Below, piece after piece: positions 50,919 through 59,965 of a DNA stretch of 64,000 bases. A program made the translations under genes and the position numbers. Origin of the DNA: Vulcanimicrobiota bacterium (GTDB lineage Bacteria > Vulcanimicrobiota > Vulcanimicrobiia > Vulcanimicrobiales > Vulcanimicrobiaceae); contig CAWGBN010000007.1 of assembly GCA_963820825.1 (NCBI GenBank), positions 1-64,000 on the forward strand, read 5' to 3'. Each line of letters begins with the position of its first letter. The first letter of the stretch is position 1. The notes beneath the pieces are model-generated. The model saw nothing but the letters and a program-made list of their open reading frames with translations, was not told the DNA's origin and did not search any database.

Positions 50919-51538
50919 GCGCAGCGGAGTATCTCCCGGCGCGCCTCTCGCTCAAGACCTTGCGCGAAAGCGCACGCAGCTGCCACGGATGCGAGCTCTA
51001 CCGCTACGCAACGCAGACGGTCTTCGGCGAAGGCCCTGCCCGAGCGCGGATGATGTTCGTGGGCGAGCAACCCGGCGATAGCGAAGACCTTGCCGGCCGC
51101 CCGTTCGTCGGTCCGGCCGGAAAGCTGCTGCATCGGGCGATGGACGAAGCCGGAATCGAAGCCGGCGACGTCTACGTTACGAACGCCGTCAAGCACTTTA
51201 AGTTCGTCGAGCGCGGCAAACGGCGCATCCACGCCAAACCGAAAAAGATCGAAATCCGGGCGTGCAAGCCGTGGCTCGAGGCCGAGATCCGCGTCGTCCG
51301 TCCGGGCCTGATCGTCGCGCTCGGTGCGACTGCCGCGCAGTCGCTTCTCGGCAGCGGCTTTCGTCTGCTCGCCAATCGCGGGCGGATCGTCAGCGGCGAG
51401 TTCGCGAACGCCGTCTTCCCGACGATTCACCCATCGGTGATTCTGCGCGCGCCCGACGACCGCACGCGACACCGCGAGATGGGCAAGTTCGTCGAGGATT
51501 TGAAAGCCGCACGCGCCGCGCTGAGCACCGCGGTATAG
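50915..51538 (+). CDS. udgX: UdgX family uracil-DNA binding protein (family 4 UDG-like)
   Basis: C..C.L, VGEQPG, TNAVKHFKF, KRRIH R-loop, HPS. Confidence 0.92.
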   Translation: MSAAEYLPARLSLKTLRESARSCHGCELYRYATQTVFGEGPARARMMFVGEQPGDSEDLAGRPFVGPAGKLLHRAMDEAGIEAGDVYVTNAVKHFKFVERGKRRIHAKPKKIEIRACKPWLEAEIRVVRPGLIVALGATAAQSLLGSGFRLLANRGRIVSGEFANAVFPTIHPSVILRAPDDRTRHREMGKFVEDLKAARAALSTAV

Positions 51539-51550
51539 CAGACGGCCGTT

Positions 51551-51781
51551 ATGACATTGCAGCCCGGCGAGGCGAGTGGTCCCTTCGGCAACGAACACCC
51601 CGAGAGCGAGCAGGTGCTCTTCGTGCACGAACGCACCGTCCAAGCGCAGATCGGCGACGAGACCTTCGAGATGCGCGCCGGTGGGAGCGCGATCGTCCCC
51701 AGAGGCACAGCGCATCGGTTTGTCAACCGCTCGCCGCAGCGAGCGCTGACCTTTAACGTCTACGCGCCGAAAGCGTACTGA
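51551..51781 (+). CDS. Cupin domain protein (short, possibly N-terminally truncated)
   Basis: H..SEQ.LFV, P.GT.H.F.N motifs. Confidence 0.75.
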   Translation: MTLQPGEASGPFGNEHPESEQVLFVHERTVQAQIGDETFEMRAGGSAIVPRGTAHRFVNRSPQRALTFNVYAPKAY

Positions 51782-52274
51782 GTCCGGCGGCTTCGTGGGG
51801 CGTCATCGCGGTGCGGTCGGGCGCCTCGCGGACGGCGCGAACGTCTTGTTCGGTGGAACCGACGAGATGACGATGCGCGAGCTCGCCGCCCAACCATCCT
51901 GAGATCCCGAGCAAGACGATGCCCAGGGCGGTTAATGCGTAGCCGGCAACCGACGTGTGGTCGAGGAACCGAATCGCGCACGCAAAGCCGAAGATGACGA
52001 CGACGGCAACGTTGAGCGTCATGTGCCACGCCGCGACGCTCTTGGCGCGAATAGTCATCGGCGCGCTCACGTAGTCGACGAAGCCGAAGAACGCCGCGAG
52101 CAACGCCCCGACGATGCCAAAGAGTATCAGCCAAGTGCTCATCTGCGCCCAGAAGACCGGGCCGGCCCAAATCGAGATAATGTCGGAAGCGACGGCGGCA
52201 ACGAAGCAACCGATTGGAATCGTTACCAGCATCGGGTGAAGCGGGTGGCCGCCGAGAGTTGCCTTTCCTTGCAT
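51753..52274 (-). CDS. DUF2231 membrane protein
   Basis: GHPLHP.LV..PIG, G..D, H..LN, GWLGGEL. Confidence 0.9.
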   Translation of the reverse strand: MQGKATLGGHPLHPMLVTIPIGCFVAAVASDIISIWAGPVFWAQMSTWLILFGIVGALLAAFFGFVDYVSAPMTIRAKSVAAWHMTLNVAVVVIFGFACAIRFLDHTSVAGYALTALGIVLLGISGWLGGELAHRHLVGSTEQDVRAVREAPDRTAMTPHEAAGLSTLSARRR

Positions 52275-52321
52275 AGCCTCTCCCTACCCATCGCTGGGCC
52301 CGCGCAATCGTGCTTTTATCG

Positions 52322-54799
52322 CTACTTCTTTACCCGCTGCAGTTCGATCACGCTGAATCCGCCGGCATCGACGTCGATCGCGAGGCCGCGCTCGAGCGTT
52401 CGTCCGTCGACGTTATCGCGATGCGTCCACTCGCCGAGCAGACTAGTGAAATAGCGCACGTGGTACGTACCGCGGAGCGAACGCGCGAAGCGCAGCGGCG
52501 TCGTGATGGTACGCGACGCCGTGTTCCCCAGGAGGATTACGTAGTTCGCTCCGCGCTGAAGCGCGATCTCGGTAACGTCATCGCCCAGCTGCAGCATCGG
52601 CGTCACGTCGCGATCGTACGCCTCGAGGCACATCTCGGACGCGCATGCGAAGGTCGCGTAGAGCGTCGGTTCGGGCAGGCGCGCCGCAAACCAGGTGAGC
52701 TTCCTGCCGCCCAGCGGAACGTTGCGCGCGCCGAGCCATTTCCACTGCGGCGCTAAGCGCGGATTGCAGGCAAGTTGCCTGCCGCGAATGTCGAGGCCGC
52801 AGGCGCCTTCGATCGCCGACCAGACGTAGCGCGGCGGATACCACGGCGAGAGCATCATGCCTTGATTGGCGAGTGTCTCGCCGTGCAGCCATTCGGAGAA
52901 CTGTCCGGGCACCGTATTGTGCCGCCCCGGATCGCGCGAATAGTGTTGGAAGCTCGTGCCGAGTGCGTAGGCCATCAGCGCCGAGTTGAACCGCGCGGCG
53001 GCCGATGCGAAGAGAAAGGTCATGCCGACCCAAACGCCGCCGAGCAGTCCCCAGCTCCGGGTCGGACTATACTCGATATCGTCGCGCCCGACGGTGCGAA
53101 TCCCGGCTTCCGTCCAAAATCCCGGAACGCTGAGCCGGCTGACGATTCGGGCCGACGTTTCGTGATCGGCGACGCCGAGCAGGACAGGAAAGATCATGTC
53201 GACGGTAACGTTCGAGCAGCGCTGCTCGTCGACGTCGATGTTACGATAGTAAAGACCGGTCTGCGGATCGAGTAAGTGGCGGTTGATCGCCTGGCGCAGC
53301 GCTGCGGCCTCGTGTTCGAAACGCTCGACGTCCTTCTTCTTCCCCAGCGCTTGCGCCATGGCCGCCATCGAAACGAGCGCGCCGTAACACTCCGAGTTCA
53401 CCTCGGTCGATGCCCCCGAAATCCGATAGTCGTCGATGATGTTTCGCCAGCCGACGATTCCCCATTCGGCCGTCTTCGTGGCCGTGCACCAGACCAGCCC
53501 GCGCGCGTCGCGCTGCGAGAGTAGGTAATCCGCGGCCCGCTTCGCCGCCGCGTACGACTCGCGCACGAACGCGATATCGCCGGTCACGCGATAGTGATGG
53601 GCCAACGCCAGGATGACCAGCGGCGTATCGTCGTTGACGTTGAGTCCGTAATCGTTCGCCCTGCCGTTGCGAACGTCGTAGTACTCCACGATCTTCCCGC
53701 TGCGCTCGGCGTGGCGCAGGTACCAGCGCAGCGACTCGCGCGAGAAATCGGGGGTGACGTAATCCGAACCGAAGACGAACGACGCGGTGTCGCGACCGAC
53801 GCTGTTGTTCGAGCGCGTCGGATCGTTCACGAACGACCATCCGGTGGGAGCGTAGAGCTGCGTCCGCAGCATATTCGCCTTCGCCCACAGCACCCCGCGG
53901 TTGACGTTGACGTCGGGCGTTACGACGATCGACTCGGCGAGAACCTTGCCGAAGTGCCGGCGGGTCTGCGCCAACGCCGTCGCCGCACTCGGAGCGGCCG
54001 TAAGGGCGCTGCGCGCACCGCGCGCGCCCTCCGGCGAACCGGTCATCGTGACGAAGAACCGGCGCCGCCCGCCGGGCACCAAGCGATGGCGGTGGTGGAA
54101 GAGCGCGATCGGATTGGCGAGCTCGCGTCCAACCGCGTTCGAAAGCTTTCCGCCGAAATGCGGGCGGCTCAGCTTCCCGTGGTCGCCGGTTACCTCGAAA
54201 CTCGTCGGTGCGAGCGAGATCGCAAGCGCTCGCCCTCGCTCCTGCGACCCGGCGTTCCAGGCGATCGCGGCGCGCAGCGCCCGGTCGTAGCGCACCCGCA
54301 CGTCGCGCGGCGTGTCTCCTCGCAGCAGCGCACCGGTGAGCGAGTCGATCACGCGTGTCTCGTGTGATTCGTTGCGAATCTCGACCATGAGATACGCGGT
54401 CAAAGGATCGACGCGCGGACCGATCGGGAAGCGATTGAGCACGAAGAGCCGCTCCACGATCGTCACGCCCTCGTCAACGCGGTACTCGTACTCCTGAAGA
54501 TGCGGGTGAATCCGGAATCGACCGTCGATTTTGGCGCGCGCCGCTCCGGTCGGCCCGTCCCAAAACTGAATTGCGAGTCCCGCCAGCAGCGTTACCCCGA
54601 GATCGCTGGAGTAAAATTTCTCGAGCGCACCCGACGCCTTGATGACCATCGCGCCCTTTGGGCCCCCGAGCGTGCTGCCGACGGCGAGTTCGGTATCTTG
54701 GATCTCGTAAACCGAGATACGCTCGCCGGAACCAAAGATTCTCGCGGTCACGACGACTTCGTTTGCTTGCTTTGCAGGCGCGCTCCTTCCGAGCGCCAA
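52322..54799 (-). CDS. (alpha/alpha)6-barrel glycoside hydrolase (amylo-alpha-1,6-glucosidase/trehalase-like)
   Basis: VGRDT, DDTPL, EVN...Y.AL, W...GIRT, G.VW, F.EW motifs; start uncertain. Confidence 0.78.
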   Translation of the reverse strand: MALGRSAPAKQANEVVVTARIFGSGERISVYEIQDTELAVGSTLGGPKGAMVIKASGALEKFYSSDLGVTLLAGLAIQFWDGPTGAARAKIDGRFRIHPHLQEYEYRVDEGVTIVERLFVLNRFPIGPRVDPLTAYLMVEIRNESHETRVIDSLTGALLRGDTPRDVRVRYDRALRAAIAWNAGSQERGRALAISLAPTSFEVTGDHGKLSRPHFGGKLSNAVGRELANPIALFHHRHRLVPGGRRRFFVTMTGSPEGARGARSALTAAPSAATALAQTRRHFGKVLAESIVVTPDVNVNRGVLWAKANMLRTQLYAPTGWSFVNDPTRSNNSVGRDTASFVFGSDYVTPDFSRESLRWYLRHAERSGKIVEYYDVRNGRANDYGLNVNDDTPLVILALAHHYRVTGDIAFVRESYAAAKRAADYLLSQRDARGLVWCTATKTAEWGIVGWRNIIDDYRISGASTEVNSECYGALVSMAAMAQALGKKKDVERFEHEAAALRQAINRHLLDPQTGLYYRNIDVDEQRCSNVTVDMIFPVLLGVADHETSARIVSRLSVPGFWTEAGIRTVGRDDIEYSPTRSWGLLGGVWVGMTFLFASAAARFNSALMAYALGTSFQHYSRDPGRHNTVPGQFSEWLHGETLANQGMMLSPWYPPRYVWSAIEGACGLDIRGRQLACNPRLAPQWKWLGARNVPLGGRKLTWFAARLPEPTLYATFACASEMCLEAYDRDVTPMLQLGDDVTEIALQRGANYVILLGNTASRTITTPLRFARSLRGTYHVRYFTSLLGEWTHRDNVDGRTLERGLAIDVDAGGFSVIELQRVKK

Positions 54800-54808
54800 T
54801 TGCTCGTC

Positions 54809-55807
54809 GTGCTCTTATTGGGAATCGAAACGTCGTGCGACGATACCGCTGTGGCGGTCGTTCGCAACGGGCGCGACGTGCTTTCGAGCGTCGCGACCAA
54901 TCAAGATACATTTCACGCAAAGTACGGCGGCATCGTTCCCGAGATCGCGAGCCGGCAGCACGTTGCCCTGCTCTCCGCAGCCGTCGAGGATGCGCTCGAG
55001 CGCGCGAGCCTCACGTTTGCCGGAATCGACGGAATCGTGGTGACCTCCGGACCGGGATTGATCGGCAGTCTCGTCGTCGGCGTCGCCGCGGCGAAGGCCT
55101 ATGCGTTCGCGCTCGCGCTTCCGCTCTACGCGGTGAACCATCTCCACGGCCACGTCTTCGCCCCGTTTCTCGATCGCGACGAAGCGCCGCCCTATCCGTT
55201 TCTCACGCTGCTCGTCTCCGGCGGCCATTCACAACTCGTCGCGGTTGAATCGGCAAGTCGAATGCGCGTTCTCGGGCGCACGCACGACGACGCGGCCGGC
55301 GAGGCCTACGACAAGACCGCGCGTCTTCTCGGCCTGCCCTATCCCGGTGGCCCGGCACTCGACGCGCTCGCGCAACGCGGCGATCCGCGCGCATACGCCT
55401 TTCCGCGCCACCGCCCCGCCGGCGATTCACTCGACCTCTCCTTCTCCGGCTTAAAAACGTCGGTACGGTACTTCCTGGAATCGGACGCGGGAAAGACCGC
55501 GAAGCCGGAGGACGTTGCCGCGTCGTTTCAAGCCGCCGTCGTCGACGTGCTGATGGCTCGCCTCGAAGCGGCGTGGGAGCGCGACCACTACAACGCCGTT
55601 ACGCTCTCGGGCGGCGTCGCTGCGAACTCCGCGTTGCAGAAAGCCTTCCGCTTCTGGGCACGTCGCAACGGTATCACCGCATTCATCCCGCCGCCGAAGT
55701 ATTGCACCGACAATGCGGCGATGATCGCCGCGGCTGCGTTCTATCAGCGCGACGCCGTCCGCGCCGACCCGCTCACCCTCACCGCCAACCCCAACCTCCC
55801 GTTCTAA
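54809..55807 (+). CDS. tsaD: tRNA N6-adenosine threonylcarbamoyltransferase subunit TsaD
   Basis: LGIETSCDDT, GGIVPEIASRQH, GPGL, NHL.GH, VSGGH, DDAAGEAYDK, SFSGLKT, CTDNAAMIA. Confidence 0.98.
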   Translation: MLLLGIETSCDDTAVAVVRNGRDVLSSVATNQDTFHAKYGGIVPEIASRQHVALLSAAVEDALERASLTFAGIDGIVVTSGPGLIGSLVVGVAAAKAYAFALALPLYAVNHLHGHVFAPFLDRDEAPPYPFLTLLVSGGHSQLVAVESASRMRVLGRTHDDAAGEAYDKTARLLGLPYPGGPALDALAQRGDPRAYAFPRHRPAGDSLDLSFSGLKTSVRYFLESDAGKTAKPEDVAASFQAAVVDVLMARLEAAWERDHYNAVTLSGGVAANSALQKAFRFWARRNGITAFIPPPKYCTDNAAMIAAAAFYQRDAVRADPLTLTANPNLPF

Positions 55808-55878
55808 CCGCCTCGCGCGGGCGCTTAAGGTAGTGTCATCATGCGCGAAGGTGCGCCTCTCTTTGGATGACCCGCATG

Positions 55879-57294
55879 CTACTCGGTGTCGGGCGCTCGG
55901 TAATCCATCGGCTGGTGCAGAAAATAGCTACGCTCGTACCGCGACGCGATCGGAACGAACTGACGCGGGCCGCCGGAGAAATCGAAGGCATCGCTTTCGG
56001 GCGAGTTCGCGCGGGTGTCGCTCGCCGCGAGCCGTCCCAGGCCAAACTGGTCCTCGACGAACTTTAAGATGCTGCCGTGCTCGTACGGAACGTGCGAAAC
56101 GTAGCCTTGCTTCGCGTAGGGTGAAATGATCAGCAGCGGCACGCGAAAGCCGAGCCCGTCGTTATCGACGTACGCCGGCGCGACCGGATCGAACCATCCG
56201 CCCGACTCATCCCAAAAAATGAAGATCGCGGTGGAATCCCAAGACGGCGATTCGCCGACCGCGTTGACGAGCTGCGTGACCCACGACGGCCCCGTACTCG
56301 ATCCCGATCCGCCGTGATCGGAGTTGGCATACGTCGGCGTGATCCACGTAACACTTCGCAGCTCGCCCTTTCCGACGTCGGTTATGAATTTCGAAGACGG
56401 CGCGATAACGTCGGCATCCCAATCGGGCCCGTAGCAAATGTGGTGGATCGCCTGATACGCGCTCCAGATTCCGACGCGGCCCTTCCCCGCATCGCCCTGA
56501 ATACCGCCGGTGCCGCAGCTAAAGCTTCCGCCGCCCTTGACCGGCGCCGCATAGAAGGCCCACGTGAGACCCGCCGCATCGAGCTCGTCGCCGAGCGTCG
56601 TCGGATCCCAACACGGTACCTCGCTGCCCGCCTCGTAGTTCCGATTCGGGCCGAGCACCGAAATACGATCGGCGGGTCCGCCGGGACAGCCCCAGAGCGT
56701 CTCCGGATTATCGACCGATGCGTTCGGGTTCACCGCCGCGATCGCATACTGATGCGATACGAAGCTGCTGGTATCGAAATCGGATTCGAACATCTCGTCG
56801 GCGAGCACGTATTGATTCGCCATATCCCAATACGGCTGCGCTTCCGACTGCGGCACGTAGCTGTACGGCGGATCGGGATTCGGGCACGGCGGCGCGGAAG
56901 GTCTTCCGCACGTCCACCGCTGCTTGTCGAAACCGTTCATCCGGCAGTTCGTACCCGGAATGCTTCCCGTGCCGCGGCATGACTTGATAAAACCTTGCGC
57001 GTTGTGCTGAAGATCCCACGTCGTCGCCAGCGTCACCGGCTGCAACGCAATCTGCTGATGCTTCGCGTTGTAGCCGTAGGTCGCCGTCGTCGCGCCCGGA
57101 TAGTTCATGAAGAGGTTGTTGAAGCTGCGGTTCTCCTGGATGATGATCACCACGTGCTGAACCTTCCCGCCCGAGCTCAAACGTTTGGCTTGCGACGGAA
57201 CGCCGCTCGGCGCGCTTGCGCCGGCGGCGCAGCCGGAGAGTATCAACGCCGCCGCAACGGCAATCAGACGAACGCTCAAGGACGCGACGGTCAT
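55879..57294 (-). CDS. Phosphoesterase/phospholipase C family lipoprotein (paralog of 19236..20618)
   Basis: Lipobox LSGC; QENRSFNN, WDE.GGW.D.V, GFRVP, C-terminal DTE shared with the paralog. Confidence 0.9.
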   Translation of the reverse strand: MTVASLSVRLIAVAAALILSGCAAGASAPSGVPSQAKRLSSGGKVQHVVIIIQENRSFNNLFMNYPGATTATYGYNAKHQQIALQPVTLATTWDLQHNAQGFIKSCRGTGSIPGTNCRMNGFDKQRWTCGRPSAPPCPNPDPPYSYVPQSEAQPYWDMANQYVLADEMFESDFDTSSFVSHQYAIAAVNPNASVDNPETLWGCPGGPADRISVLGPNRNYEAGSEVPCWDPTTLGDELDAAGLTWAFYAAPVKGGGSFSCGTGGIQGDAGKGRVGIWSAYQAIHHICYGPDWDADVIAPSSKFITDVGKGELRSVTWITPTYANSDHGGSGSSTGPSWVTQLVNAVGESPSWDSTAIFIFWDESGGWFDPVAPAYVDNDGLGFRVPLLIISPYAKQGYVSHVPYEHGSILKFVEDQFGLGRLAASDTRANSPESDAFDFSGGPRQFVPIASRYERSYFLHQPMDYRAPDTE

Positions 57295-57310
57295 GGGCGC
57301 ACCTTCTCAG

Positions 57311-58744
57311 CTACGCCGCCAGAGTCCGCCTCGGCAACAGCATCGTGAGGCTGACCACGACCACGGTGTTGAGCGCGAGCGCCGTGAAGCCTGGATTCAA
57401 CCCGGCCAGCGGCAGTGGATGCATCGTCAGTCCGAGCGCCGCAACCTCACCGACGAGCAGCCCGATCGCCACCGGCACCAGCGAGACGCGCTGCCAAAAG
57501 AGCCCGAAGAGAATGCCGGGCACGAACTGCGCTTGACCGTTGTACACGAACAAGAGGAGATCGACGAGCGACGCCTTCAGAAAGACCCACAGCGTCAGCG
57601 CGACGCACGCGATCAGCACGATGAAGCCCCGCGTTACCCAGGTCTGCGCCGGGCCTTGCTTTGCGATGCCGAAGATGTCGTCCAAGACGTTCTTCATGAG
57701 CTGGCTCGCCGATGCGAGCAGTCGCGTTGCCGATGGGAGCAGCCCCGCCAGCGTGCCGGCGGCACAAACGATGCCGAGCAGCCAGAGCGGAAAGTGCGCT
57801 TGGAGCACTCTCAAATATGCGCTGTCGCTCTCCGTGCCGTGCAGGCCGGGAAGCACGAGCCGGGCCGTATATCCCGCGAAGAACATCGGTACCAGCATCA
57901 CGCTGTAGAGCGGCAAGAGCATCGCGTTGCGGCGGACGGTCTCCTCGCTCTTTGCCGAATAGGTCGCCGCCACCGCGTTGACGCCGACGAAGAAGCCTAC
58001 GACGTTGAGCATCGCCGTGCTCATATACCAGAGCTTTCCGTTCCCAGCCGTCCAGGCGCCGATCGTAAAGGCCTGCGGCCGTGCGGCGATCGCGTGCGCC
58101 AGCATCGCCGAAGGCGAACCGAAGAATGCAATCGGCAAGATGATTCCGGCGATCGCGATGCCGGCGAACATCAGGGCATCCTTGACGATACTCGCCCACG
58201 CCATGCCGCGAAGACCGGCCGTAAAGACGAAGAGCGTGATCAGTCCGAAGGCAATCAGCACCGCATGCATTCCGTCGATCGCGCCGAGGCCTGCGATCGC
58301 GAGAATGATCTGCAGCCCCGTGAGATAGAGCAGCAGCGCCAGCGCTTCGGTAAAGGTCGAGATCAGCGCGGTAATCGCACCGAAGGGCTTGCTTTTGTAG
58401 CGTGCGGCGAAGAAGTCTCCAAAGGTTAGAAGATCGCGCTCCTTCGCGTAGCGCCAGAGCCTCGGCAGGTAGAGATACGCGACGATGTACGCGCCGCCGC
58501 CGACAGCGAGGATATAGTAGATCTCGGCGCCGCGGCCGTAGACCCAACCCGCGATGCCCAGAAACGTAAAGGTCGTGTAGAGTTCGCCGCCCATCAGCAC
58601 CCAGAGCAGGATCACTCCGAACGACCGCCCGCCGAGGATAAACTGCGCCGGATCGCTTCCGATTCGACGCACCGCGAACAGCGCGAAGGCAATCGTTCCC
58701 AAGACGACCGCCGCGACGATCGCAATCGGCAGCGGCAAGCTCAC
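57311..58744 (-). CDS. Sodium:solute symporter (paralog of 37776..39209)
   Basis: GGRSFG, GELYTTFTFLG, GLRG.AW; GTG overlaps the upstream TGA. Confidence 0.92.
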   Translation of the reverse strand: MSLPLPIAIVAAVVLGTIAFALFAVRRIGSDPAQFILGGRSFGVILLWVLMGGELYTTFTFLGIAGWVYGRGAEIYYILAVGGGAYIVAYLYLPRLWRYAKERDLLTFGDFFAARYKSKPFGAITALISTFTEALALLLYLTGLQIILAIAGLGAIDGMHAVLIAFGLITLFVFTAGLRGMAWASIVKDALMFAGIAIAGIILPIAFFGSPSAMLAHAIAARPQAFTIGAWTAGNGKLWYMSTAMLNVVGFFVGVNAVAATYSAKSEETVRRNAMLLPLYSVMLVPMFFAGYTARLVLPGLHGTESDSAYLRVLQAHFPLWLLGIVCAAGTLAGLLPSATRLLASASQLMKNVLDDIFGIAKQGPAQTWVTRGFIVLIACVALTLWVFLKASLVDLLLFVYNGQAQFVPGILFGLFWQRVSLVPVAIGLLVGEVAALGLTMHPLPLAGLNPGFTALALNTVVVVSLTMLLPRRTLAA

Positions 58745-58914
58745 GATGCTCGCAGACGCTCCACGAGCAAGAGGCAGAACGGCGTTAAGACGATCCACGC
58801 GACGAGCCACCACATGATCGGCGGCATGCCGAAGACGCGGGGCTCGGTGCTCGCGATAAAGGCGGGCACGATCAGGAGCGCAACGAGCGGAACGACGATC
58901 AGGGCGACGCGCAC
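58741..58914 (-). CDS. DUF3311-type small membrane protein (57 aa; not in ORF track)
   Basis: RBS AAGGAG; MRVALIVVPLVALLIVPAFIASTEPRVFGMPPIMWWLVAWIVLTPFCLLLVERLRAS. Confidence 0.85.
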   Translation of the reverse strand: MRVALIVVPLVALLIVPAFIASTEPRVFGMPPIMWWLVAWIVLTPFCLLLVERLRAS

Positions 58915-59150
58915 TTCACCGGCTCCTTCGAGACAAACGGCTAGAGGATCCCGTGGGATCTAATCCCCAGCCGGCGGGTCCGAAGCCTCCTCGTGGCTCG
59001 AAAAATAATCCCCGCGACTTGCAAAAGGCTTATGTCTCACATGACGACGCAGCCATTGGGGGCTTTCTCTTTTTGGGTCGGCGTGATGGGCGATTGCTTG
59101 ACGAGCAACAACTACGGTGTTTTGGAGGCGCGATGGATGTTTCTCTCTGG

Positions 59151-59753
59151 TCAGGCAGTCATTCGCTCACGCCGGTACGCCTGTTTGATACTGAATACTA
59201 GGAACCAAGCTTGGCGCAGTTTAGACAGCGTAGAAATGCGCGTCGCTAGGTCTGGCTTTTGCGAAATAAGTTGCTGACGATACGCCGCAGTTTCATACAC
59301 ATGTCCTTGGATTATCGACTCTTCGCCATCCTGTGGAAGCTCGTCAAACAAATCTTCTTGCCTCTTGCGAAGTCTGAAGGCGGTGCGATAAGCGGACAGG
59401 AGAATGAATGCTGACGACAGGGCAACCGTTGCGGCCCACAGCATCAATCCGGCAATCCAACGGTCTGGAAAGTTGGTTACAAGCCCTGCAACCAGCGCAG
59501 CAAAGAGAATCGCGGCACCGTAGCTGGACATCGTGGTAGCGGCCAGCGCGATTAGACGGCGGTCGAAGATAGCAATATCCTGCGGTCTCGTCCCGGCCAT
59601 ACCAGGGAGCAAGGCAGCGACATGAGGCTCTCGGGGACCACCAAGTTGGTTGAGCCACGCCGCGACGACCTGGCAAAGCGTACCGCCTATGCCTGTAAGA
59701 ACGGAGAGACTTGCAAACGCATGTCGCACGACTTGAAGCTCAGAATCGGTCAT
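59151..59753 (-). CDS. Hypothetical membrane protein in an AT-richer insert
   Basis: RBS AAGGGG; about three hydrophobic segments; atypical codon usage. Confidence 0.65.
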   Translation of the reverse strand: MTDSELQVVRHAFASLSVLTGIGGTLCQVVAAWLNQLGGPREPHVAALLPGMAGTRPQDIAIFDRRLIALAATTMSSYGAAILFAALVAGLVTNFPDRWIAGLMLWAATVALSSAFILLSAYRTAFRLRKRQEDLFDELPQDGEESIIQGHVYETAAYRQQLISQKPDLATRISTLSKLRQAWFLVFSIKQAYRRERMTA

Positions 59754-59853
59754 TTATCCCCTTCGAGGGAAGTCGGCGGTCTTAATACCTTTCGGACCAA
59801 ATCCAAATGGAGGTCCTAAGAAAATCATATAGTTCATTTGCGTTTTTTAGAAT

Positions 59854-59926
59854 CGCGGTCGGAGGGACTCGAACCCCCAACCTACAGGTTCGAAGCCTGG
59901 TGCTCTATCCGTTGAGCTACGACCGC
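59854..59926 (-). tRNA. tRNA-Arg (anticodon TCG), CCA not encoded
   Basis: Reverse complement GCGGTCGTAGCTCAACGGATAGAGCACCAGGCT-TCG-AACCTGTAGGTTGGGGGTTCGAGTCCCTCCGACCGCG. Confidence 0.96.
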
Positions 59927-59941
59927 GTAGATTCCGGTCAT

Positions 59942-59965
59942 CCTTCGACAAGATCAGGATGACAC
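59942..59965 (+). repeat. Minimal REP-like element overlapping the cfa stop codon
   Basis: CCTTCGACAAGATCAGGATGACAC. Confidence 0.75.

Noticed and set aside
58945..58980. GTGGGATCTAATCCCC resembling a tRNA T-arm or att site
   Set aside because: It is degenerate, on the opposite strand to and not matching the tRNA-Arg(TCG) 3' end, and forms no cloverleaf.
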